Source of the DNA: Octopus bimaculoides
Lineage: Eukaryota
Assembly (NCBI RefSeq): GCF_001194135.2
Contig: NC_069008.1
Span: forward strand, 13,240,980 to 13,304,979
DNA: 64,000 bases
Direction: 5' to 3'
The position numbers and the translations under genes were made by a program. Under the pieces are notes generated by a model. The model saw only the letters and a program-made list of their open reading frames with translations, was not told the DNA's origin and made no database searches. Each line of letters opens with the position of its first letter. Position 1 is the stretch's first letter. Shown piece by piece: positions 35,263 through 46,600 of the stretch.

Positions 35263-35439
35263 GAAAGGGTTTTAATCAAAGAAATTTTAATTCTATTCTG
35301 TAAAATAATATTTAATTAGTTTAAATGTGCACAAATGCATAAAAATAATTTTTAATTCCATTAGACATTCTAAAATAGAATTAAATTTCATTCAATTTTA
35401 AAAAAGGTAAAATCGGACAGAACTTATGGGATGACCTGA
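35263..35439 (-). mobile_element. Solo 5' end of the mariner at 48080-49577
   Basis: Near-identical to 49400-49577, including TIR ...cggacagaacttatgggatgacctga followed by TA. Confidence 0.85.
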
Positions 35440-35604
35440 TAATTCAGTCGAGAAGATTACACTACTTGGAACAACTTAGGTAGTATAGAGTGAGATCTTC
35501 CCTATGGTGTCTCTAGCCCATGGTTTGGACATGGCTTTATAGGATATAAGCAAGAAGTTCAACAGGGATAACAATGACAACAACTATAATATTAATAACT
35601 GTAT

Positions 35605-35988
35605 AGGCGTAGGAGTGGCTGTGTGGTAAGTAGCTTGCTTACCAACCACATGGTTCCGGGTTCAATCCCACTGCATGGCACCTTGGGCAAGTGTCTTCTA
35701 CTATAGCCTCGTGCCGACCAAAGCCTTGTGAGTGGATTTGGTAGACAGAAACTGAAAGAAGCCTGTCGTATATATGTATATGTCTGTGTGTTTGTCCCCC
35801 TAGCATTGCTTGACAACCGATACTGGTGTGTTTATGTCCCCGTCACTTAGCGGTTCGGCAAAAGAGACTGATAGAATAAGTACTAGGCTTACAAAGAATA
35901 AGTCCTGGGGTCGATTTGCTCGACTAAAGGCGGTGCTCCAGCATGGCCACAGTCAAATGACTGAAACAAATAAAAGAGTAAAAGAGTA
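35605..35988 (+). mobile_element. tRNA-derived SINE family C, full length
   Basis: aggcgtaggagtggctgtgtggtaagtagc...; other copies at 36947, 44250, 44718, 44850, 50225, 56150, 61052 and 61870, and diverged copies at 11056 and 27080. Confidence 0.9.
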
Positions 35989-36167
35989 TATAATTTAGGT
36001 TCAAGGGCACAATTTTTGACAAGAAGGGATCAGTTAGTAACAATGATTTCTGTACTTAACTGGGACTTTATTTTATTGAATGCTGAGGTTGGCTAATAAT
36101 AGTTGTAATCAAAATTACAATTCTATTAATTAGCAAAGGTATCATAATTGTGCTAATCTGTTTACAG

Positions 36168-36297
36168 GGACCTTGCAAACGGATATTTAATAGCAGAGAT
36201 ATTTAACAGGTATTATCCTTTTGAAGTAGAGATGACTTACTTCAATAAAGGTTCATCATTGTATGCGAAACAACATAATTGGCAAGAATTGTCAAAG
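36168..36297 (+). CDS. SPATA4: SPATA4-like exon 2
   Basis: tttacag|G DLANGYLIAEIFNRYYPFEVEMTYFNKGSSLYAKQHNWQELSK|gtattt. Confidence 0.92.
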
Positions 36298-36345
36298 GTA
36301 TTTGCCTAATACATTTTCATAATTCTTATTTATGTATTCATTATC

Positions 36346-36598
36346 ATCATCATCATCATCGTTTAACGTCCGCTTTCCATGCTAGCATGGGTTGGACAAT
36401 TTGACTGAGGACTGGCAAGCCAGAATGCTGCACCAGGCTCCAATCTGATCTGGCAGAGTTTCTACAGCTGGATGCCCTTCCTAATGCCAACCACTCTGAG
36501 AATGTAGTGGGTGCTTTTACGTGCCACTGGCACGAGGGCCAGTCACACAGTACTGGCAATGGCCTTGCTCAAAATGGTGTTTTTTACGTGCCACCTGC
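36346..36598 (-). mobile_element. Family B short retroposon in SPATA4 intron 2
   Basis: Homologous to 1-245. Confidence 0.85.
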
Positions 36599-37108
36599 AT
36601 ATTAATCTATTTTTGTTTTTCAGAGTTGTTTTTTCTGAAATACAAAAAAGAAATTGTTGTTGTCATCACTAATTTCAAGCGAAACAAGACATTGTGTACA
36701 AGATGAGATGGCTCATGACAGCATCGTTAGCCGTTTACATTTTAGACTACATTAAGACACAAATTAAAGCTATTTCTTTCATAAATATCCATTTTTACTC
36801 ACTTTTGCTCGAAGAACAATGTCCATCTTACATTTTATCTAGAGATGAGATTTAGTGCCCAAAATCTTTTCTGCTTAAACTTCCTTAACTGTTACCAGGC
36901 AAACAACCTTTTTTGAGGACATGGTCCAAAATGTTTTTATGTTTTCAGGCGCAGGAGTGGCTGTGTGGTAAGTAGCTTGCTTACCAACCACATGGTTCCG
37001 GATTCAGTCTCACTGCGTGGCACCTTGGGCAAGTGTCTTCTACTATAGCCTTGGGCCGACCAAAGCCTTGTGAGTGGATTTGGTAGATGGAAACTGAAAG
37101 AAGCCCAT

Positions 37109-37143
<35 letters not shown>

Positions 37144-37585
37144 TTGTGTGTCTGTGTTTGTTCCCCCACCATCGCTTGACAACCGATGCTGGTTTGTTTA
37201 CGTCCCCGTAATTTAGCGATTCGNNNNNNNNNNNNNNNNNNNNNNNNNNNNNNNNNNNNNNNNNNNNNNNNNNNNNNNNNNNNNNNNNNNNNNNNNNNNN
37301 NNNNNNNNNNNNNNNNNNNNNNNNNNNNNNNNNNNNNNNNNNNNNNNNNNNNNNNNNNNNNNNNNNNNNNNNNNNNNNNNNNNNNNNNNNNNNNNNNNNN
37401 NNNNNNNNNNNNNNNNNNNNNNNNNNNNNNNNNNNNNNNNNNNNNNNNNNNNNNNNNNNNNNNNNNNNNNNNNNNNNNNNNNNNNNNNNNNNNNNNNNNN
37501 NNNNNNNNNNNNNNNNNNNNNNNNNNNNNNNNNNNNNNNNNNNNNNNNNNNNNNNNNNNNNNNNNNNNNNNNNNNNNNNNNNNNN

Positions 37586-38100
37586 CAGTCATTAATCATT
37601 AATGATTATCATAGAATAGACTTGTAAATATTGTGGTCACTCAGTCATTAGTCGTGGCTAACTGTGATATCACAGAATAATCCATATTGTGAGTAATCAG
37701 TCATTACTCATTAATAAATGTGATGGAATAGAGTGGTATATACCGTTAGTGTTCAGTCATTAATCATTAATGATTATCATAGAATAGACTTGTAAATATT
37801 GTGGTCACTCAGTCATTAGTCATGGCTAACTGTGATATCACAGAATAATCCATATTGTGAGTAATCAGTCATTACTCATTAATAAATGTGATGGAATAGA
37901 GTGGTATATACCGTTAGTGTGCAGTCATTAATCATCAAAGATTATCATAAAATAGACTAGTAAATATTGTGGTCACTCAGTCATTAGTCATGGCTAACTG
38001 TAATATCACAGAATAATCCATATTGTGAGTAATCAGTCATTACTCATTAATAAATGTGATGGAATAGAGTGGTATATACCGTTAGTGTTCAGTCATTAAT
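37586..38100. repeat. 168-bp tandem satellite (3 x 56-bp subunits), at least 3 copies
   Basis: Units start at 37586, 37754, 37922 and 38090; cagtcatta recurs every 56 bp. Confidence 0.95.
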
Positions 38101-38699
38101 GAGTTAAGGTCTATGGCCTATAAATCACGTGTTTATGCTCTTTTTTGTGGGGTGGGTAAAGACCAAGGGTGATATTTTGGGGCCCTAGAATCAAATAAAC
38201 ACAAATTCTTAATTCTTTTATCAGACAAGGTTAGGCCACCGTTCTAGTTCATTGTTACCTTGTTTTATCCTCAGGTTAGCTCTGATTGAGCAGACTTATG
38301 ACTAATGCCATTCTAGCCTTGATCATCCAATCTTTTTATCATGAGTGATGAGTGACTACAGTATGTACAACTATACCACACTTATGAATGGGTTTATTAC
38401 AAAAATATTATAAACAATTATATACAGTCTTTAACATAGAATATACACTGTTATATACAGCTTGCGATATATGCAATTATATTCAGACTATTGTTTACTT
38501 TGTAAAATGTTTTGCATTAGGGAGAGAATCCAGCTGTAGAAACTATGCCAAGGCAGACAGTAGAGCTTGGTGCAATCCTCTGGCTTGTCTGTTCATGTCA
38601 AACCATCCAACCGATGCCAACTTGGAAAATAAATGTTAAATGATGGTGATGTAGCATGCAATAAAAAGTACACAATGACTATAATACAAAAATTCAGTT

Positions 38700-38872
38700 C
38701 TATATTTAAGAGATGAGGAATTATGTACATTATTTACAATTGATGGATATTTGTCCTCATCTGGTTTGTTGTTAACACAACATTTCGGCTGATATACCCT
38801 CCAGCCTTCATCAGGTGTCTTGGGGGAAATTTTGAACCTGGGTTCTCATTCCTAAGGTATTTTTCAATGTTG

Positions 38873-38880
<8 letters not shown>
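38700..38880 (-). mobile_element. H1 hammerhead-bearing repeat body (HHR 38774-38819)
   Basis: Minus strand gacac CTGATGA a ggctg-gagggtatat-cagcc GAAA tgtt gtgtt. Confidence 0.8.
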
Positions 38881-38926
<46 letters not shown>

Positions 38927-39351
38927 GATAGAGAGATGAGTTCTTAACTTTTGTATACGATTGCCAAATTCCATCACTAAGGTAAACATAGCTGACGTAG
39001 TCCATCACTACGGCCAACTCAATAACAGAAAGTGCAACTCGAAAGTAACTTATTTATTGGTGCTTTGAACAATATTTCGGCATCTCATGTGCCTTCAACA
39101 GGTTCAAAATTAAATAAATGTCAGTCTAATTCATTTTTTAGTTTATATAGAGGACTGGAAACTCAGCAGAAATGTAATAGATAGAGAGATGAGTTCCTAA
39201 CTTTTGTATACGATTGCCAAAATCCATTTTGGCAATCGTATACAAAATCGTATACAAAAGTTAAGAACTCATCTCTCTATCTATTACAGTTCTGCTGAGT
39301 TACCAGTCCTTTATATAAACTAAAAAATATTATTATTAATATTATTATTAT

Positions 39352-39570
39352 TATTATCCAGGTCACTGCCTGGAATTGAACTTGGAATCTTGGGGTTAGT
39401 AGCCCGCGCTCTTAACCACTACGCTATATACCTTAGGAATGAGAACCGAGGTTTGAAATTTCCCCAAGACACCTGATGAAGGCTGGAGGGTATACCAGCT
39501 GAAACGTTGTGTTAACGACAAACAAGATGAGGACAAATATCCGTCAATTGTAAATAATGTAAATAGAATA
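39352..39570 (+). mobile_element. H1 repeat: inverted tRNA-like head plus sense body (HHR 39468-39513)
   Basis: gacac CTGATGA a ggctg...cagct GAAA cgtt gtgtt. Confidence 0.8.
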
Positions 39571-39935
39571 CAAAAATTGTATTATATAAGTAAAAACAAA
39601 TAAAATACTGTTGTATTGCTGAAAACTACATCTTCAAGTTTTACTTGCTCCAGTTTCCATGGAATGTGCTATGAGTGAAATTAAAGATCCAGGAACACAT
39701 ACACATTGCAGATGAGGGAATTAACCATCTCTAAATTGGCAGAATGATACAAGCAGTGCATTGCGTGTTGTGAGCCATGGATTGGAACAAAACCAGAGCC
39801 AGGTATTGAAACCGCATCGCAGCCGCAGCTCTGCAAACTTACCCACTACAGTACCAACCGACTACATGTTATTAAAACATATTTAGTTATTTTCCCGAGG
39901 TGAACTTGGAATTAAGTTTCTGCTTATCATTTCAG

Positions 39936-40054
39936 TTTTTCAAGAAGAAGAAATTTGACATTTCCCAGACATGTATTGATGGAACTATGTTCTGTAAAGA
40001 AACACAATGCATGCAGATGATGCAGCTTATATACAAAATACTCACAGATAGAAA
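39936..40054 (+). CDS. SPATA4: SPATA4-like exon 3
   Basis: catttcag|FFKKKKFDISQTCIDGTMFCKETQCMQMMQLIYKILTDR(K)|gtaatt; phase 0 in, phase 2 out. Confidence 0.9.
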
Positions 40055-40062
40055 GTAATTGC

Positions 40063-40116
<54 letters not shown>

Positions 40117-40229
40117 CATCATGATGATCATTGTTGCTATCATCATCATTACCACTGTCACCGCTGCTGCTGCCATTGCCACTGCTGCCACCACCACCAC
40201 CACCACCACCACCACCACCACTACTGCTA

Positions 40230-40960
40230 CTCGTATTATTTTGGTTTGGCTCAGGGTAGGTCTTATGCCTGGTAGGAATTATGTGGATAGCGGGTATTTA
40301 CTAGTAACCTTAGATATCCATAAATTTTCAGCAGTCTTTCAAGTGCTTAGAACCCTCCTGATAATCCTTGCTGTCCCTAAGAGACAAACTTCCTGTAGGG
40401 GCTCTACTGGGCATTCTATTCCAATCTCCTTCAGCCATTTGTCTGTATCTTTCCTTACAGTTCCCAACGCACCAATTATTGTAAGTGCAGCCTCTACTGC
40501 TCAGATGCTCCAGATTCTTCCTATTTCAGATTTTAAGGGTTTGTATTTGTTTTGTTTTTTTTCCTCTTTCTTTGCAATCCTGAACTCAAACGGACATGAT
40601 GGGTCAATAAGTAAACAACTTCGCTTTTCCTTATCTATTATCATTATGTCTGGTCTATTATTTTCTAACTTCTTGTTCGTTTGAATAGAAGAATCCCACA
40701 AAATCTTACATTCCTCTGACTCTAGGACTCTTTCGACTCGATGATTCTGCCATGTGTTTCCTTTTCTTCACATCCCCATTTCTGGCACAGTTTCCAGTGT
40801 AAAACATTTACAGCCTGGCTGTGCCACCATTTCTTATACTCTTCCTGTGCCAACTTGGAGCATTCTACCACAATGTGTGCCACTGTCTCATTCCAAGTTC
40901 CACAGGCTCTTCATTTTTCTGATACATTCTGTCCATATATACTTCTTCTTAAGTTGTTTG
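40230..40960 (-). mobile_element. R4/Dong-clade 3' fragment (zinc knuckle region and PD..D endonuclease)
   Basis: ETVAHIVVECSKLAQEEY...ILWDSSIQTNKKLENNRPDIMIIDKEK...KYKPLKSEIGRIW...IIGALG...LLGTARIIRRVL; its 3' end points to (TTA)n at 40067-40115. Confidence 0.85.
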
Positions 40961-41048
40961 TTTTTATTGTTTAATCTTGAGCTGCTTCAATTAGACTATG
41001 TTTTTTTCTTAATTACCTTTTTTTAACCAAACCCAGGATTTTGTTTTA

Positions 41049-41270
41049 CAGAGGCAAGGGGAATGAGTTCCTTTCAAGTGTTGGGTCTCACAGAGGCAAG
41101 GGGGATGAGTTCCTTTCAAGTGTTGGGTCTCACAGAGGTAAGGTAGCTGAGTTCCTTTCAAGTGTTGGGTCTCACAGAGGCAAGGGGAATGAGTTTCTTT
41201 CAAGTGTTGGGCTTAATGGAGGCAAAGTGGCTGAGTTTCTTTTGAGTGATGGGTCTCACAGAGGCAATGA
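41049..41270. repeat. 42-bp minisatellite, about 5.3 copies, running into an RTE 3' end (41270-41331)
   Basis: Unit cagaggcaaggggaatgagttcctttcaagtgttgggtctca at 41049, 41091, 41133, 41175, 41217 and 41259. Confidence 0.9.
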
Positions 41271-41520
41271 CCAAGACCTTTGGCATTATGTTGTGCTTGA
41301 GAAGATCCACCAAGCTAAGCAGAATGTGTGAATGTGTGTGGTTGTAATTTTTTAATGTCCCTTTGTAATAATTTTGTTTGAATTGTCCAACATAGTGATC
41401 CAGTAAAATTAAACAGTACAATAATCCAGTGTTATTGATCCGGTATATTGATCATCCAATGATATAATTCAGTTTTATATTTGACCAAATATTTATTTAT
41501 TTTGTTTTTAACTTTTCAAG

Positions 41521-41686
41521 ATGGCCATTCAGTGTGGTGTCACCTATTAGCGACGATCTGTGTGATTATGACTATCAGATGCGTTTACCGTTACACGCTC
41601 AATCAACAGCTACAAAATCTGTTAAGAATAACATAATGTTTACAGAACTATTGGTTTACCCTAATCAACTATTAAACGCCAGAAAG
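41521..41686 (+). CDS. SPATA4: SPATA4-like exon 4 (alternative in-phase acceptor at 41532)
   Basis: WPFSVVSPISDDLCDYDYQMRLPLHAQSTATKSVKNNIMFTELLVYPNQLLNARK|gtgagt. Confidence 0.88.
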
Positions 41687-41900
41687 GTGAGTCAGTTTCC
41701 CTGGTACTCAAACCAGGTTTCCTTGTTTTTATATTTTGTTTAAAACTTGCAAGTCTTTAGTGAAGTATTGTGTGAGTTTTCATAAAAGATGGTACAATAT
41801 CACTATGATGATATGAGGGTAGTTTTCCTGGCTATGTAGATATAGTATTGTAAACTATCAGTTATTGTTTTTATAATAATGATAATAATAATAATAATAA

Positions 41901-42374
41901 CACTCACCCTCTTGAGTATCGGCTAATATTTATGCCATGTTCAATATTATTATTATTATTATTATTGTTCAGTAGTTTTATTTTTATAACGTGCTTTCAC
42001 TTCACTACCGAGCGCAGCTCTGTGTGCCTTGGGTATGTGCTGTGGTTTGCTGTGATGCTCTTATGGTTACTGTATTGAAAGTGTTTTGCGTAGGATGTGT
42101 GCAGTGCCCAGTAGTGCAATTTAAAAAAAATTTTTCAATTTTTATAACATACAGAAAATTGCACTATTGGGCACTGCACACATCCTACGCAAAACACTTT
42201 CAATACAGTAACCATAAGAGCATCACAGCAAACCACAGCACATACCCAAGGCACACAGAGCTGTGCTCGGTAGTGAAGTGAAAGCACGTTATAAAAATAA
42301 AACTACTGAACAATAATAATAACAATAATATTGAACATGGCATAAATATTAGCCGATACTCAAGAAGGTGAGTG
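41901..42374. repeat. Fold-back duplication of an R4/Dong 3' end plus flank
   Basis: 41901-42122 is the reverse complement of 42155-42374, with few mismatches. Confidence 0.95.
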
Positions 42375-42714
42375 TCGTGGATTTGAGTTACAACCCAATG
42401 ATCACTTGAGTGAGTGTCGTGGATTTTAGTAGCAACCCAACGATCACTTGAGTGAGTGTCGTGGATTCGAGTGGCAACCCAACGATCACTGGAGAGTTTT
42501 CCAAAAATCAGGGTTTTTATAACTACTCATACACGAATCATAGAACCGTGACCCCGTGAAAGATTTCTTCAACGAAGTTCAGAATTCGTATATGGGCAGT
42601 AATTTTTAACCAATGAGAAATCAATAATTTCTCATGTTCGGGCAAATGAACTTATGTTCTCTCTCCGCCTCTTATGAGTTTGCTACAATAATAATAATAA
42701 TAATAATATCGAAA

Positions 42715-42850
42715 AATACCTTAGGAATGAGAACCCAGGTTCGAAATTTCCCCAAGACACCTGATGAAGGCTGGAGGGTATATCAGCCGAAATGTTGTGT
42801 TAACAACAAACCAGATGAGGACAAATATCTGTCAATTGTAAATAATGTAA
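42715..42850 (+). mobile_element. H1 repeat body (HHR 42756-42801)
   Basis: gacac CTGATGA a ggctg...cagcc GAAA tgtt gtgtt. Confidence 0.8.
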
Positions 42851-42865
42851 ACAATGTATCTGAAG

Positions 42866-43125
42866 ATCATGTCTCATCACTTTGTCCCATGTATTCCCGG
42901 GTCTTCCTCTTCCACAGGTTTCTTCTACATCTAGAGATTGGCACTTCCTTAGGCAACTATCTTTACTCATATCCATTACATGACCATACCAATACAATCT
43001 CCTCTCTTGCACACTACATCTAACACCTCTTCTACCTGGTTTTTCTGGTAAACATTTACATTCTGTTGTACAAGCACACTGATACCATACATCAACTGAG
43101 CATGCTAGTTTCATTTCTTATTTAT
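42866..43125 (-). mobile_element. RTE LINE C-terminal fragment
   Basis: VQERRLYWYGHVMDMSKDSCLRKCQSLDVEETCGRGRPGNTWDKVMRHDL. Confidence 0.8.
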
Positions 43126-43211
43126 TCCAGCAACTATCTTTTCAGAGCATCGTCCACCAATGTTAATTTGGTTACTCTAAGGACCCCCTTGGACACACAC
43201 ACACATGCATA

Positions 43212-43244
<33 letters not shown>

Positions 43245-43273
43245 TTGAAGGTTTGGAGGTGATGTACAGAAAT

Positions 43274-43576
43274 TATATAGAAAAATTTTTTTTTAATTAA
43301 GGTACTCAGAAACCTGGATGTTTGTACATTTACAGATTTTTATTAATGTCACATATTAAATGAAGCGCTTTTCACCTAGTCGTGTAGGTTTTTCAAATTG
43401 TTTTGAGAAAACATCCTAGCGGGTCTCTTTATATAGTTTTATTGAGTGTGTAGGAGTGGAGAGAGAGATATATAGGATAGTAAAAAGCGCTTCATTTAAT
43501 ATGTGACATTAATAAAAATCTGTAAATGTACAAACATCCAGGTTTCTGAGTACCTTAATTAAAAAAAATTTTTTTC

Positions 43577-43582
<6 letters not shown>
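43274..43582. repeat. About 100-bp near-perfect inverted repeat with about 110-bp spacer, next to (TA)n
   Basis: 43274-43372 is the reverse complement of 43483-43582. Confidence 0.95.
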
Positions 43583-43608
<26 letters not shown>

Positions 43609-43857
43609 TACACCTACAGATAATATATATGACATATTTATTTGTAACTCTGCTTGTGCTCATGTCTGCATGTGTGTATTAAGAATGAATATTAAATGGA
43701 ACCAGCAGAAAGTAAGGGGTTTCCATTCTCATCCAAGGCTCTCAAGAAACACACACACACACACACATACACACACATACACACACGCACACAGATGTGT
43801 TTTATGTGTTTCTATTCAATATCCAAATAATTCTTCCTCTTTTTTTTTTTTCTCTAG

Positions 43858-44014
43858 GCACAAAAAATTATAGATCGTCATATGGAACTGAGACTGAAAA
43901 AACGTGTAGAGGATCCAGAACGATTCCATGTCCATCCTACTCTTGGTCAACAGACTGTACGCCAACAAAATATTGTGGCACACAAGGAAGATGTTGAGAA
44001 AGCTCCTCTAAAAA
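43858..44014 (+). CDS. SPATA4: SPATA4-like exon 5
   Basis: tctctag|AQKIIDRHMELRLKKRVEDPERFHVHPTLGQQTVRQQNIVAHKEDVEKAPLK(K)|gtttgc; weak but phase-compatible donor. Confidence 0.82.
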
Positions 44015-45366
44015 GTTTGCTTGCTTTTTTTTTTTTCTTTTAAGAAATTTCAGTTTTATCCTCCTCCTCATAATCATCCCCACCATCTGCTTTTTGCTAT
44101 TACCATCATTCCTATCAGACTCCACCCCTTCCTTTCCATCATTATCACCACCACAACTACCAACAACAACAACATGAGCCATATAATCAAGGTGACGCTT
44201 ATCATTAATACCTTTGTCATTGCCATCATAGCATTTACAATTACTCTTTTACTCGTTTCAGTCATTTGACTGCGGCCATGCTGGAGCACCGCTTTTTAGT
44301 CGAGCAAATCAACCCCAGTACTTATTCTATTGGTCTCTTTTTGCCGAACCGCTAAGTTACGGNNNNNNNNNNNNNNNNNNNNNNNNNNNNNNNNNNNNNN
44401 NNNNNNNNNNNNNNNNNNNNNNNNNNNNNNNNNNNNNNNNNNNNNNNNNNNNNNNNNNNNNNNNNNNNNNNNNNNNNNNNNNNNNNNNNNNNNNNNNNNN
44501 NNNNNNNNNNNNNNNNNNNNNNNNNNNNNNNNNNNNNNNNNNNNNNNNNNNNNNNNNNNNNNNNNNNNNNNNNNNNNNNNNNNNNNNNNNNNNNNNNNNN
44601 NNNNNNNNNNNNNNNNNNNNNNNNNNNNNNNNNNNNNNNNNNNNNNNNNNNNNNNNNNNNNNNNNNNNNNNNNNNNNNNNNNNNNNNNNNNNNNNNNNNN
44701 NNNNNNNNNNNNNNNNNGATAGAATAAGTACTAGGCTTACAAAGAATAAGTCCTGGGGTCGATTTTCTTGACTAAAGGCGGTGCTCCAGAATGGCCGCAG
44801 TCAAAAGACTGAAACAAGTAAAAGAGTAAAGAGTACATATACATATATACGACGGGCTTCTTTTCAGTTTCCGTCTACCAAATCCACTCACAAAGCTTTG
44901 GTCAGCCCGAGGCTATAGTAGAAGACACTTGCCCAAGGTGCCACACAGTGGGACTGAACCCGGAACCACGTGGTTGGTAAGCAAGCTACTTACCACACAA
45001 CCACTCAAAGAAACAGAAAAAAATACCCCAGTAAAATTGACGGGGCAGTTGTGTTGCTTACATAATTTAAAAGTTGCTCCTCACACACACACGTATTTAC
45101 ATACATACATTAATGGATACATGATGATGGCTGTCCACTTGTGACTGAGGGGCACTGTCAATGACCATTGCCCATGCAAAATGCTTGCAGTACCCATGCA
45201 TGAAGTTATTGCACCAGCAGTTAGCTTCACCCAGGTCTGTGTCTGCTGTTTCTGTGCTTAGCATGGTGCTCTCTTATGCAACAGGGCATCAGATGGGTGC
45301 CTCATGGGCGAAGGCACAACTTAAACTTTAGGTCCAATAAGGTTTGCACAGTGCCTCACAGTTCCT

Positions 45367-45815
45367 CTAAGCATTACTTATTTCTTTATTGCCCACAAGG
45401 GGCTAAACATAGAGGGGACAAACAAGGACACACAAAGGGATTAAGTCGATTACATCGACCCCAGTGCGTAACTGGTACTTAATTTATCGACCCTTAAAGG
45501 ATGAAAGGCAAAGTTGACCTCGGCGGAATTTGGACTCAGACAGACGAAATACCGCTAAGCATTTCGCCTGGCATGCTAACGATTCTTATTTCTTTATTGC
45601 CCACAAAAGGTTAAACATAGAGGGGACAAACAAGGATAGACAAAAGGATTAAGTTCATTACATTGACCCCAGTGCGTAACTGGTACTTAATTTATCGACC
45701 CCGAAAGGATGAAAAGCAAAGTTGACCTCGGCGGAATTTGAACTCAGAACGTAACAGCAGACGAAATACCGCTAAGCATATCGCCCAGCGTGCTAACATT
45801 TCTGCCAGCTCGCCG
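45367..45815 (-). mobile_element. Two tandem SINE D copies
   Basis: Both match the reverse complement of 9676-9910. Confidence 0.85.
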
Positions 45816-46139
45816 TTACTCTCAATGTTGCTGACATGATCCATAGACAAGGCAGGCCAAGATATCCAATTGCAGTATGGGTTGCAGGCTCAGGAATGTA
45901 GGAGTACCATTATCTCAATTTCAAACAAAAGATCACCAAAATATACATTGCCATTCTCTGTATATCTTGTTTTTTATCAGAGTGACCTTCACCTCGAGAC
46001 AAGCTTTAACAAAAGCTGAGGGATATCTCATTACCTGTGGTCTTCTAGCATATCAGACACCAGCCCCCAATTTCTGAGGGTCCATTGCTTGATAGTCATT
46101 GAACCTACACTCATTTCATCTGTCCTTTTGACAGGTCTC

Positions 46140-46600
46140 TCAAAAACTTCCTCACAAGTGCTAAATTACCTCCCACTATTCCTACATCACCAGTCAAAAA
46201 GTGTAACCACCCTAACTGCAGGACTTGTATCAACCTTATTGAAGGTATAACATACAATCAATCTTATTGAAGACTCGACATACAAATTCAAATCAGGACA
46301 GATGTTTTAAAAACTCACTTTAAGGAATTTAATATATGCTATCAAATTTAAGGAGGTAATGAAGATTACATAGGTCAAACAAAGATTACTCTAAGAAATA
46401 GACTGACCATTCACAGACAACAATTACAAGACTCCAGTACTTGACAGATTCCATTGAGTGGACATTTAGACATTTGTGCTCAAATTACAGGTCTTCTCAC
46501 TCTACCTATGTTCAGCAAATGCCACAGGTGAAGCATGGATAAACAAAGAAAACACTTTTACACAAAAGTAGAAACCAAGATTTAACAAACTTTAACACAA
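46140..46600 (+). mobile_element. Degenerate Penelope-like GIY-YIG endonuclease
   Basis: KNFLTSAKL...VKKCNHPNCRTCINLIEG...IYAIK...EDYIGQTKITLRNRLTIHRQQ. Confidence 0.75.

Noticed and set aside
40121-40684. 187-aa ORF with poly-Ile/Ala/Thr
   Set aside because: Microsatellite plus the antisense strand of an R4 fragment; no independent coding evidence
42370-42495. CRISPR-like array
   Set aside because: Contiguous tandem units without unique spacers, eukaryotic context, no cas genes
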